Assembly (NCBI GenBank): GCA_050008715.1
Contig: JBEKMC010000012.1
Span: 5,834 to 69,833 of the forward strand
Reading direction: 5' to 3'
Origin: Acidimicrobiales bacterium
Lineage (GTDB): Bacteria > Actinomycetota > Acidimicrobiia > Acidimicrobiales > Bog-793
DNA length: 64,000 bases
Below the pieces are notes generated by a model that did not search any database, had not been told where the DNA came from, and saw only the letters and a program-made list of their open reading frames with translations. Of this stretch, positions 28,689-37,617 are shown piece after piece. The translations under genes and the position numbers were made by a program. Numbering within the stretch: position 1 is the first letter of the stretch; every line of letters begins with the position of its first letter.

Positions 28689-29564
28689 TTGATGCTTGCC
28701 TCGATCTCCTCGCTGTCGGACTTCGGGACATGGCTCCGCACGAGCGCGCTGATCATCGTCATGCTCATCACCGGGGCACTGCTGGTCGGGCGGGCCGTCA
28801 CCTGGGTCAGCCGTTGGGTCACCGCCCGGATCGACGCCCGGATCGCCGAGACGGACTCCCTCCTCCGCTCGGAGTCCGCCAAGCACCGCCACGCCGTGAC
28901 AGGCGTGCTCACGGGCGGCATCCTGGCCTTGCTGTACTTCATCACGGCGGTGCTGGTCCTCGAGCGTTTCGGTGTGCCGCTCGGGAGCCTGGTGGCGCCA
29001 GCGGCGCTGCTCGGTGTCGCCCTCGGTTTCGGGGCTCAGACGGTGGTGGGGGATCTTCTGGCGGGTTTCTTGATCGTGGCCGAACGGCAATACGGCTATG
29101 GCGACATCGTGAAGATCAACACAGTGTCGGCCAGCGGAATCGTCACCGGCACGGTGGAAGAGGTCACGCTCCGCATCACTCGGCTCCGGACGATCAACGG
29201 CGAGGTGGTGTTCGTTCCCAACGGGCAGATTCTCCTTGCGACGAACTTGTCGCGCGACTGGGCCCGGGCCGTCATCGACGTGCCGCTGCCCGCGACCGCG
29301 GACATCACGGCAGTGACGAACGTCCTGAAGAAGGTCGGCAAGGACGCCTTCGCAGACGAGACGCTCCGGCCGCTACTGCTGGACGCCCCGTCGGTGATGG
29401 GTGTGGAGACGATCTCCGTCGATCAGTTCGAGATCCGAGTCGTTGCGCGAACGCTTCCCGGCAGCCAGTTCGAGGTGAGCCGCACGCTGCGGGGCCGAAT
29501 TTCGACGGCGCTGCGTGAAGCCGGCATCACCGTGCAGAACGTGCTTGCCGAGACGGAATCGTGA
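28689..29564 (+). CDS. Small-conductance mechanosensitive channel (MscS family)
   Basis: 'GFGAQTVVGDLLAGFLIVAERQYGYGDIV' and 'VTLRITRLRTINGEVVFVPNG'. TTG 28689 / ATG 28692. Confidence 0.85.
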   Translation: MMLASISSLSDFGTWLRTSALIIVMLITGALLVGRAVTWVSRWVTARIDARIAETDSLLRSESAKHRHAVTGVLTGGILALLYFITAVLVLERFGVPLGSLVAPAALLGVALGFGAQTVVGDLLAGFLIVAERQYGYGDIVKINTVSASGIVTGTVEEVTLRITRLRTINGEVVFVPNGQILLATNLSRDWARAVIDVPLPATADITAVTNVLKKVGKDAFADETLRPLLLDAPSVMGVETISVDQFEIRVVARTLPGSQFEVSRTLRGRISTALREAGITVQNVLAETES

Positions 29565-29914
29565 CCCGGGTCGGCGAGCGAGCCCATGGGGAGCGCGAAG
29601 GACGCGTGCGCGTCACGACCTGGGTCATGCTGGGCCTGTTCGTCGCCGCCCTCGCCACCTACATCGCCGTACGGCCGGAATACGTGCCCGTGTACGTGCC
29701 GAGCAACGAGGTCGTCACGTCGACGTCGGCGCCCCCGTCGCCGTCGACTTCGACGACAACCCGGGTGAGCACGTCCACCACGACGTCGCCTGGCCCGACG
29801 ACCACTTCCACGTCGGTCGGGGGCTCGACGACGAGCACGCCGTCGACGACCCGCGGGAGCTCCTCGTCCTCGTCGACGTCGTCGACGCTTTCGACGACGA
29901 CTACGGTGCCATAG
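29561..29914 (+). CDS. Membrane-anchored Ser/Thr/Pro-rich low-complexity protein
   Basis: GTGA overlap with the MscS stop. One TM ('WVMLGLFVAALATYIAV') followed by ~75 aa of S/T-rich sequence. Codon periodicity not verified. Confidence 0.4.
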   Translation: MTRVGERAHGEREGRVRVTTWVMLGLFVAALATYIAVRPEYVPVYVPSNEVVTSTSAPPSPSTSTTTRVSTSTTTSPGPTTTSTSVGGSTTSTPSTTRGSSSSSSTSSTLSTTTTVP

Positions 29915-29953
29915 CGCCCGGCTGGGCGACCCCGGTGGAGTCCACCTGGACGA

Positions 29954-30244
29954 TCAGCGGACTTCCTCGCGCACGACGGTCTCACGGCCCTGTCCGTCCG
30001 ATCGCTTGGCGTAGGTCGATCGGCGGTTCCGCGAAGTGCTGAACAGCGTCGTGGCGATCACGAGGCCGGCGGCCCCGGCGATCATGAGGACGATACCGAC
30101 CGTGGCGAGCTTGAAGCCATGTGTCGGTGCCGTGACTGCCCAGTACATGATGGCTCCAGCTGCGATCGCCACGATGCTGAAGGCAATGCCCGTGCCGTAG
30201 TTAGAACTGTTCATCGTTGTGGTCCGCTTTCTCTTTTCCGGCAA
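29954..30244 (-). CDS. Small two-TM membrane protein (DUF6458-like)
   Basis: 'GIAFSIVAIAAGAIMYWAV...KLATVGIVLMIAGAAGLVI'. Start is ATG 30244 (possibly leaderless) or ATG 30214. Confidence 0.5.
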   Translation of the reverse strand: MPEKRKRTTTMNSSNYGTGIAFSIVAIAAGAIMYWAVTAPTHGFKLATVGIVLMIAGAAGLVIATTLFSTSRNRRSTYAKRSDGQGRETVVREEVR

Positions 30245-30304
30245 CCATACTCTAGTAGTGTCTAACTAGCAATTCATTTCTAGTATCGTGCTACAGTCTC
30301 GGCC
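30245..30304. promoter_or_regulatory. AT-rich divergent promoter/operator region with three CTAG-containing repeats
   Basis: TCTAGTA at 30251 and 30279, and TCTAACTAG at 30261. TAGTAT (-10-like, + strand) at 30281. TAGAGT (-10-like, - strand) at 30254..30249. Confidence 0.4.
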
Positions 30305-30712
30305 ATGGAGGAGTGGAGCTTTCTCACGAGACACGCTCGAGCCTTGATCTGTATCGCCCGCGACCCAGGTGTTCGGCTGCGCGACATTGCCGACCAGCTC
30401 GCTGTCACCGAGCGCAGCGCCTACGGGATCGTGAACGACTTGGCTGCGGCGGGTTACGTCGTCAAGAACAAGGACGGTCGGCGAAATCGCTACGAGATCC
30501 AGGGTCACCTCCCGTTCAAAGACGCCCTCTCGCGAGAGCCGACGATCGGCGAGGTGCTCGACATCCTCGTCGACACGCGGGTCCCCGTGCTCGCGCAGGG
30601 CGGTCAGGGCGGCGACGCCGGCGGGGCTCGTTCGCACAGCAAGTCCGCCGTACCGAAGAAGCTCGCGGGCGCCGGTGCCCGCTCGACACGAGCCCGAGGA
30701 ATTCGAACATGA
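30305..30712 (+). CDS. Winged-helix (MarR/ArsR-like) DNA-binding protein
   Basis: 135 aa. 'VRLRDIADQLAVTERSAYGIVNDLAAAGYVVKNKDGRRNRY'. Disordered basic tail. Confidence 0.65.
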   Translation: MEEWSFLTRHARALICIARDPGVRLRDIADQLAVTERSAYGIVNDLAAAGYVVKNKDGRRNRYEIQGHLPFKDALSREPTIGEVLDILVDTRVPVLAQGGQGGDAGGARSHSKSAVPKKLAGAGARSTRARGIRT

Positions 30713-30935
30713 CTGACACTCGAGAGCCGCGCGATGCCGCCGGAACCGTGTCACCCGTCGCCGATGCGGACGGCACACCCGGACCGACGGCTTACCCCCC
30801 GAGTGCGCTACCCGACGCAAGTAGAGCTGACGTACACTCTGCACGCTAGAGCGCCCCGCGACGGGAACTGATGTCCGGGGCGGCGGGTGGGACGAGCCCC
30901 GCCCCGAAGACGACAGAAAGGTTGGCGGAACCCAG

Positions 30936-32012
30936 GTGAACAAGGAGATCGCGCCCCGCGACGCGGCAACTGGTGGCAACGAGGCACACGGACGGCATCG
31001 CTGGATCCCGCTCCTGCTCGTGTTCAGCATGGTCGGGTTCGCTGCTGCGCAGACGACGGCGGCAAGCGCCTCACCGGTACGGGTGGTCACCTCGCTGAAT
31101 GCCGGTTCGGCCCTCGAGCCCGGAGTCTCCGTGGTGTCACCGAACCACGAATACGGTCTCCTGTTGCAACACGACGGCAACCTTGCGTTGTACCAGCACG
31201 GCCGAGTCATCTGGGTCAGCCACACCACCGGGCGCGCCGGCACCGTCGCCGAGCTGGGGCGCGACGGGTTGTTCGGGGTCTTCGAAGGGCGCACCGCTCT
31301 GTGGGAGACGCCGGCCTACAGCGAGCACTCGACGGCTCGCTTCCTCCTCGTGCGCAACGACGGCAACGTCGTGATCTGCAACAAGCGCGGGGCGGGCCTG
31401 TGGTCGATCGATCGTCCGCCGACCCTCCAGTACGGAGACCAGGGCGCGGCCGTACTCGCGCTCCAACGTCGCCTCAGTTCCCTCGGCTACTGGCTGGGGA
31501 CGCCGGACGGCCAGTTCCAAGACGCAACGCAGCAAGCCGTGTGGGCCCTCCAGAAGGCCGCCGGACAGTCGCGCGACGGCGTGGTCGGCGCCGCAGCCTG
31601 GAGCGCCCTCGATCTCGGCGTCGTTCCGAAGATACGGGCAGCCGCCGGGAACCTCATCGAAGTGAACCTCAACTCCGACCTCCTCATGATCATCCGCCAT
31701 GGCATGCTCCGGATCACCCTGAACACCTCGACTGGCGGCGGTTACACCTACACGAGCGGCGGTGTCACCTCCGTCGCGATCACCCCGCAAGGGGTGTTCC
31801 ACATCTACGCCGCCATCGACGGCGTGGACGTCGACTCGCTCGGAACCCTGTGGCGTCCGCGGTTCTTCGTCGGCGGCTTCGCGATCCACGGAGACAGTTC
31901 CGTCCCGCCCGAGCCGGTCTCCCACGGTTGCGTCCGAGTCAGCGACGAGGCCATCAACTGGATTTGGGCGACCAACGTGGCGCCGTTCGGCTCCGAAGTC
32001 TGGGTCTACTGA
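30936..32012 (+). CDS. Secreted bulb-type (B-)lectin / PG-binding / YkuD L,D-transpeptidase fusion
   Basis: GTG start. Signal/TM segment 'WIPLLLVFSMVGFAAAQTTAASA'. 'LQHDGNLALY' fits QxDxNxVxY, with a second degenerate copy 'VRNDGNVVI'. 'GDQGAAVLALQRRLSSLGYW' is PG_binding_1-like. The catalytic motif is 'HGDSSVPPEPVSHGCVRV'. Confidence 0.8.
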   Translation: MNKEIAPRDAATGGNEAHGRHRWIPLLLVFSMVGFAAAQTTAASASPVRVVTSLNAGSALEPGVSVVSPNHEYGLLLQHDGNLALYQHGRVIWVSHTTGRAGTVAELGRDGLFGVFEGRTALWETPAYSEHSTARFLLVRNDGNVVICNKRGAGLWSIDRPPTLQYGDQGAAVLALQRRLSSLGYWLGTPDGQFQDATQQAVWALQKAAGQSRDGVVGAAAWSALDLGVVPKIRAAAGNLIEVNLNSDLLMIIRHGMLRITLNTSTGGGYTYTSGGVTSVAITPQGVFHIYAAIDGVDVDSLGTLWRPRFFVGGFAIHGDSSVPPEPVSHGCVRVSDEAINWIWATNVAPFGSEVWVY

Positions 32013-32076
32013 CCCCAGCGTTGCCGGCGTGGCGGCCAGACCCCCTCATGCCGTCCCGATGCAGCAGGATGGCGGT

Positions 32077-32889
32077 ATGAACAACGAGACGTACGAACGG
32101 GAGCTGCTTCGGCTCCAGACCGAGCTCGTGAAGATGCAGGAGTGGGTGCGCCAGGAGCACCGGCGTGTCGTCGTGCTGTTCGAGGGCCGAGACGCTGCCG
32201 GCAAGGGTGGCGTCATCAAGCGCATCACCGAGTACCTGAACCCCCGCTGGTGTCGCGTGGCCGCGCTGCCGGCCCCGACCGAGCGCGAGCAAACGCAGTG
32301 GTACTTCCAGCGGTACGTGGAACACCTCCCGGCTGGCGGCGAGATCGTCCTGTACGACCGCAGCTGGTACAACCGGGCGGGGGTGGAGCGTGTGATGGGT
32401 TTCTGCTCCGGCGGCGACGTCGTGCGCTTCTTCCAGCAGTGTCCCGCCTTCGAGCGGATGCTCATCGACGACGGCGTCATCCTCGTCAAGTACTGGTTCT
32501 CCGTGTCCGACGATGAGCAGGAGAAGCGATTCAAGGGTCGCATGAAGGATCCGCTCCGCCGCTGGAAGTTGAGCGACATGGATCTCGAAGGGCGCAATCG
32601 CTCAGTGGAGTACTCGAAGGCCAAGGACGAGATGTTCGCCTACTGCGACACGCCGGACTCACCCTGGTGGGACGTAGAAGCCGACGACAAGCAACGAGCA
32701 CGGATCAATTGCATCGCCCATCTCCTCTCCGTGGTGCCGTATGAGCCGCGCAAGATCCCGAAGCCGAAGTGGACACCACGGCCCAAGCTCGACGACTACA
32801 AGCGACCTCCGCGCGAACGGTACCGGTACGTACCGGACCATGCAGCCACACTCGGTCCGGCCGCTCGACGGCGCCCGACGCAGCCCTAG
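32077..32889 (+). CDS. ppk2: Polyphosphate kinase 2 (PPK2) family
   Basis: 'FEGRDAAGKGG' (Walker A), 'DRSWYNR', 'WFSVSDDEQEKRF'. Start is ATG 32077 or 32059. Confidence 0.9.
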   Translation: MNNETYERELLRLQTELVKMQEWVRQEHRRVVVLFEGRDAAGKGGVIKRITEYLNPRWCRVAALPAPTEREQTQWYFQRYVEHLPAGGEIVLYDRSWYNRAGVERVMGFCSGGDVVRFFQQCPAFERMLIDDGVILVKYWFSVSDDEQEKRFKGRMKDPLRRWKLSDMDLEGRNRSVEYSKAKDEMFAYCDTPDSPWWDVEADDKQRARINCIAHLLSVVPYEPRKIPKPKWTPRPKLDDYKRPPRERYRYVPDHAATLGPAARRRPTQP

Positions 32890-32927
32890 GATCCTTGTCT
32901 GCGAACAGCTCCTCAGAAGGGAGGCAG

Positions 32928-33395
32928 ATGACGCTCACGGGGGAGTACGAGCCGAGCCCCTCAGCATGGGTGCGCGAGCAGGTCGAGGCATACGAGCGTT
33001 CAGGCGGCCAGGAGGCCAACACGCTTCGCGACACAGGGCTGCCGATCATCGTGATGACGACGCGAGGGCGCCGCAGCGGCAAGCTCCGCAAGTCGCCGGT
33101 CATGCGCGTCGAGCACGGGGGCGAGTACGCCCTCGTGGCCTCCAAGGGAGGCGCTCCGGAGCATCCGGTCTGGTATCACAACCTCATGGAGGAGCCCGGT
33201 GCGGTGACGTTGCAGGACGGGCCCGCTCCGTTCGACGTCCGGGTCCGCCTGCTCGAGGGAAGCGAGCGGGAGGAGTGGTGGAAGCGCGCAGTGGAGGCGT
33301 ATCCGCCCTACGCGGAGTATCAGCTGAACACGACCCGCCAAATCCCGGTGTTGCTCGCCACAGCGACGGACCGAGAAGGTCAGGACCCGACGTAG
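32928..33395 (+). CDS. Deazaflavin (F420)-dependent nitroreductase-family (DDN) protein
   Basis: ATG 32928 after GAAGGGAGG. 'TTRGRRSGKLRKSPVM' and 'GGAPEHPVWYHNL'. Confidence 0.8.
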   Translation: MTLTGEYEPSPSAWVREQVEAYERSGGQEANTLRDTGLPIIVMTTRGRRSGKLRKSPVMRVEHGGEYALVASKGGAPEHPVWYHNLMEEPGAVTLQDGPAPFDVRVRLLEGSEREEWWKRAVEAYPPYAEYQLNTTRQIPVLLATATDREGQDPT

Positions 33396-34423
33396 TAGCG
33401 GTAGACGTCCTCGTCCAGGGTCCGCACGATCCGTTGCTGGGCGACGAGGAGAGCGAGGTGGGCGCCGGTCTCGGCGACGGCGAGCATCTGGTTGAACAGG
33501 TCCAGCTCGTCGATGTGGCGATCGCGGCGCGTCCATCGCAGCAGGCCGGCGACCTCGAAGGCGGTGTCCGCTCCCCCGACCACGGCGGCCTCGGTCTCGT
33601 CGAGCCGCCGGCCGTGGTGCTCGACGAGCTCGTCGATACGAGCATGCACGCTGGCGGTGACCGGACCATGAGCAGGGAGAAGGCGGGCGTCGCTCATCTC
33701 GCGCACTCGGGCCAGTGAGCCGAGGAAGTCCCCGAGCGGATCCGGGGACAGCACGGGCTCGAAGCCGATCGAGGGCGTGATGGTCGGCAGCACGTGGTCA
33801 CCGGCGAAGAGCAGCCCTCCGGCAGCGTCATGGAAGACGACGTGGCCCCGGGTGTGGCCGGGCGTCTCGACGACGTGCAGCCGGCGATCGGTCGTTGCCA
33901 CGACGACGTCGTCTTCGAGCCAGTCGTCGGGGAGCTCCCACTCGGAACGGTCGAGCGGTGGGTGCCCCGCCATGCTGGCGACCACCCGATCGACGAGGTG
34001 GGCTGCGCCGTAGCGGAGCAGCTGGTCGAGCTGTGGCTCGAGCCGCCCCCGGTCGGGATCATGAAGGGTCTCGAGTGACGCTCGTTCGCCGACGCCCAGG
34101 CTGACGGCCGTCCCGAACTCACGCCGAACCGTGATCGCCTGCGTGAAGTGGTCACGATGGACATGGGTGATGAGGAAGCGATGAATGTCGGCGGCCGAGC
34201 AGTCGAGGGACGAGAGCGCCTCGTCGAGCCGCGCCCGCGAGTCCGGTACCGACCATCCCGAGTCGATGAGGACGAGCCCGTTCCCGTCGACGATCGCATA
34301 GACGTTGACGGCTCGGAGAAGGTCGTTCGGCAACGGCAACGGGATTCGATGCACGCCGGGGGCGACTTCCTCGACCGCCGGTGTTGTCCAGTCCGTGGCG
34401 TTCGATGGCGTGTCGCTCATCAT
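33380..34423 (-). CDS. MBL-fold metallo-hydrolase
   Basis: ORF trimmed to ATG 34423 (RBS AAGGAGG). 'ITHVHRDH' (HxHxDH), 'TPGHTRGH', 'FAGDHV'. Confidence 0.85.
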   Translation of the reverse strand: MMSDTPSNATDWTTPAVEEVAPGVHRIPLPLPNDLLRAVNVYAIVDGNGLVLIDSGWSVPDSRARLDEALSSLDCSAADIHRFLITHVHRDHFTQAITVRREFGTAVSLGVGERASLETLHDPDRGRLEPQLDQLLRYGAAHLVDRVVASMAGHPPLDRSEWELPDDWLEDDVVVATTDRRLHVVETPGHTRGHVVFHDAAGGLLFAGDHVLPTITPSIGFEPVLSPDPLGDFLGSLARVREMSDARLLPAHGPVTASVHARIDELVEHHGRRLDETEAAVVGGADTAFEVAGLLRWTRRDRHIDELDLFNQMLAVAETGAHLALLVAQQRIVRTLDEDVYRYYVGS

Positions 34424-34846
34424 CGGACCTCCTTGTCGTCCGGAGCGTACGGAGCGGCGGCGCCGCCGTACGGATTGGCGCCACCGGAGACAGTCTGGCT
34501 GCCATAACTCTGCCGCCAGCGCGGGGGCTGCTGCACCGGCCGGTCGGAGAACGCGAGGACGGCTGCCATCACGGCTGCTTGCACATGATCCATCGGTTCT
34601 CCATTTCCCGGCCGCGCCCACTGGGGCCGCCCCTGGCATCAAGGGCCTACGGCGTCAGTTATCGGACTGAGCGTACCGGCGACCGCTGACCGTGGAGGAG
34701 GCTTGCCACCGCAAGACGGGACTTTCGGCCCTGCCCTGGCGCAGGCGAACGGCGCAGTATGGGAGCCGAAGAGGATCCCACATACGAGGGAACTGGCTCG
34801 GCCGTGTCTTAATCTCCGTGGCTGGGCCGCCCGGAGAGGGGTGCCC

Positions 34847-36025
34847 ATGAGGCGCACCGGCATGATCTTGATCGTCTGCGGAGTGTTGCTGGCCGCCGGC
34901 GCCGTCGGGTGGAGCACGACCGCCGTGTCGAAGCTGGTGAAGTTCCCGCTCAGCACGAACACCACGCTGCACTACAGCGGTCACTTCGTCACATACCTCG
35001 ACGCCAAGACGGGAGCGACACTGGCGACGCCGAGCTCGGCGGCGCTCACCATCGACCGTACGGTCAAGGTGGTCTCGTCGCTGAGCACCGGGAGCACCGC
35101 CGTGGTGGACGAAACACTCGTCCTTCACTACGGCAGCACCGTCCTGACCGAGAAGAACGCCTACGCCTTCAACCGCACGACCATGGACGAGGTCGCGAGC
35201 TCGGACGCGTACACATTCGTGCCGGGCAACACCGCGCCGCTCGCCGGCAGCAACTACATCACGCTGCCCATGAACATCAAGCCGGGTGTCACGCCGCTCA
35301 ACATCTGGAAGCCGGAGACCGGCACCACCTACGCCCTCCAGCCGGTCCCAGCTGGCTCGCAGCCCGCCAGCCTCGACGGGCTGAAGGTCGACACGTTCGT
35401 CGGCAACCTGAACATGGTCCCGGTGGCACCATACGAACGCACCGCTCTGGCGGCGCGCGGCCTGCCCATGTCCATCTCGCCCGCAAGCGTCCAAGCAGAG
35501 ATGACCCAGGCCGGCATCTCCGTCCCCGCCCTCGAGGGGGCGCTGACGCCGACGCTCACACACACGCAGCTGACCGAGGTCCTCGCCGTCCTCAAGACGG
35601 CGATCCCGCTTCACTACTACGTCTTCGGGTCAGGGTTCCTCGCCGCTGAGCCGCGCACGGGTGCCATCATCGACTTGAAGAACGTCATCGACGGCATCGC
35701 CGTCGCGCCGAGCACGACGGGGCTGAACACCCTCATCGCCGTCATGGCGGATCATCCGACGGTGAAGGGCGTGCCGGCCGCTCTCGTGGTGCTCCGCCAC
35801 CTTGCGGCCGCACCACCGCAGAAGGTCTACGAACTGCAGTACAGCCAGACGCCGGCATCGGTCGCCGCCATGGTGAACACGGCACAATCCCAGCTGAAGC
35901 AGATCCGGGAGGTCACCTACTACATACCGATCGGGATGGCCGTCATCGGCCTCCTACTGCTCCTCGGCGGGGTTGTCATGTTCCGTCGCCTTGCCGCGAC
36001 GAGCGACACGCCGGTCGTGCCGTGA
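34847..36025 (+). CDS. DUF3068 / PorA-family membrane protein
   Basis: ATG 34847. N-terminal TM 'MILIVCGVLLAAGAVGW' and C-terminal TM 'IGMAVIGLLLLLGGVVMF'. The architecture and size match actinobacterial DUF3068. Confidence 0.6.
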   Translation: MRRTGMILIVCGVLLAAGAVGWSTTAVSKLVKFPLSTNTTLHYSGHFVTYLDAKTGATLATPSSAALTIDRTVKVVSSLSTGSTAVVDETLVLHYGSTVLTEKNAYAFNRTTMDEVASSDAYTFVPGNTAPLAGSNYITLPMNIKPGVTPLNIWKPETGTTYALQPVPAGSQPASLDGLKVDTFVGNLNMVPVAPYERTALAARGLPMSISPASVQAEMTQAGISVPALEGALTPTLTHTQLTEVLAVLKTAIPLHYYVFGSGFLAAEPRTGAIIDLKNVIDGIAVAPSTTGLNTLIAVMADHPTVKGVPAALVVLRHLAAAPPQKVYELQYSQTPASVAAMVNTAQSQLKQIREVTYYIPIGMAVIGLLLLLGGVVMFRRLAATSDTPVVP

Positions 36026-37596
36026 AGGAGCTCGTAGGCGGGCAGATACTGCTGCCCGCCTGGGAGCGCTTCGCCACGACGGTCGGCTTCCACGACGGCG
36101 ACTACCACGCCGACTACGCCCGTCACGCCAGTCGCGTGCTGCGTCTCACCGATGCCATGCGGGGCGAGCTCGGGCTCTCCCGCTCCGACTCGTTCTCCGT
36201 CTTGGCCGTCAACAGCCACGAGTACCTCGAGCTGTACCACGCCGCCTTTCTCGGGGCGGGCATCATCAACCCTCTCAATCTGCGCCTCGCCCCGCGCGAG
36301 CTGCAGCTGATCCTCGCCGATTCCGAGTCGGAGGTCATCTTCGTCGACGAGTTCTTCGCCGACCACCTGCTGCGCGCGATCGCTCCGGTCCGCAAGAACC
36401 TCCCGTTGCGCAAGATCGTCCTCATCGGTGACGGCGAGCACGAATGCGACCTGCATTACGCCGACCTGATCGAGCTCGGTCATCCCAACGTCCCGGAAGA
36501 GCCCGACGAGCACGACGGCGTCGTGCTCATGTACACCGGCGGCACGACCGGCCTGCCGAAGGGCGCCTTGCTCGACCAGCGCGCCGAGATGCTGAACCTC
36601 TACCACATCGCCATGACGGTCGACCTCGCCCCGGGCAGGGTGTATCTGCACCAGATCCCGATGTTCCATGCGGCCTCCATGGGAGGGATACTCGGCATCC
36701 CGGCCATCGGCGGCGTGTCGGTCTTCCAGTCGCTCTTCGAGCCGGAAGCCGTCATGAAGCTCACCGAGCAGTACCAGGTCGACTGGACCACAGTCGTCCC
36801 CACGATGATCGCAATGATCCTCGACCACCCGGACTTCCGGCCTGAGCGGTTCGCCTCGATGCGCGACCTCGTCTACGGCGCCTCACCCATGCCGCCGGCC
36901 CTCCTCGACCGATTGCAGGACGTGCTGCCGCACGTCGCCCTCTGGCAGGGGTACGGCATGACAGAGTGTTCGTCGGTGCTCACGATGCTGACCAGCGCCG
37001 ATCACCGCGCCGGCGGTGCGCGCCTCCATTCGGCGGGGCGGCCCGTCCTCGGTGTGAAGCTCGCCATCCGCGATCGCGGCGGCAACGTGCTGCCACCACA
37101 CGAGGAGGGAGAGGTCTGCGCCCGAGCGGGTAACTTCCTCGGCGAGTACTGGCACCGCCCGAAAGAGACCGAGGCGGCACTCCACGACGGCTGGTACCAC
37201 ACCGGCGACATCGGGCACGTGGACGAGGACGGGTTCTTGTACCTCGTCGACCGGTCGAACGACATGATCGTGTCCGGCGGGGAGAACGTCTACTCCATCG
37301 AGGTCGAGAACGCCCTCAGCACACACCCCGCCGTCGCCGAGGTCGCCGTCATCGGCGTACCGCACGAGACATGGGGTGAACAGGTGCACGCCGTCGTCGT
37401 CCTGCACCCGGGCACCGAGGTCACGACGGAGGACTTGCAGGAGCACGCTCGCTCGACGATCGCCGGCTACAAGGTTCCGAAGACGATCGAGTTCCGATCC
37501 GAGCCGATGCCGTTGTCCGGTGCGCTCAAGCCGCTCAAACGGGAGCTGCGCCAGCAGTACCTCGACAGGACGGAGACCACCGCCGCGGCGGGTTGA
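36022..37596 (+). CDS. AMP-dependent acyl-CoA synthetase/ligase (FadD-like)
   Basis: GTGA overlap with the DUF3068 stop. 'LMYTGGTTGLPKG', 'GYGMTE', 'GWYHTGD', 'SGGENVYS'. Confidence 0.9.
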   Translation: MKELVGGQILLPAWERFATTVGFHDGDYHADYARHASRVLRLTDAMRGELGLSRSDSFSVLAVNSHEYLELYHAAFLGAGIINPLNLRLAPRELQLILADSESEVIFVDEFFADHLLRAIAPVRKNLPLRKIVLIGDGEHECDLHYADLIELGHPNVPEEPDEHDGVVLMYTGGTTGLPKGALLDQRAEMLNLYHIAMTVDLAPGRVYLHQIPMFHAASMGGILGIPAIGGVSVFQSLFEPEAVMKLTEQYQVDWTTVVPTMIAMILDHPDFRPERFASMRDLVYGASPMPPALLDRLQDVLPHVALWQGYGMTECSSVLTMLTSADHRAGGARLHSAGRPVLGVKLAIRDRGGNVLPPHEEGEVCARAGNFLGEYWHRPKETEAALHDGWYHTGDIGHVDEDGFLYLVDRSNDMIVSGGENVYSIEVENALSTHPAVAEVAVIGVPHETWGEQVHAVVVLHPGTEVTTEDLQEHARSTIAGYKVPKTIEFRSEPMPLSGALKPLKRELRQQYLDRTETTAAAG

Positions 37597-37617
37597 TCAA
37601 CGCCCGGGTATCGCTGC

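Noticed and set aside
30713-30935. Long 5' region of the L,D-transpeptidase gene as a ydaO/c-di-AMP-type riboswitch (common upstream of actinobacterial cell-wall enzymes)
   Set aside because: I could find only a GGGGCGG...CCGCCCC hairpin. The conserved ACGGGG / CCCGA / pseudo-twofold motifs of ydaO are not recognisable by eye. A cmsearch run would be needed to revisit this.
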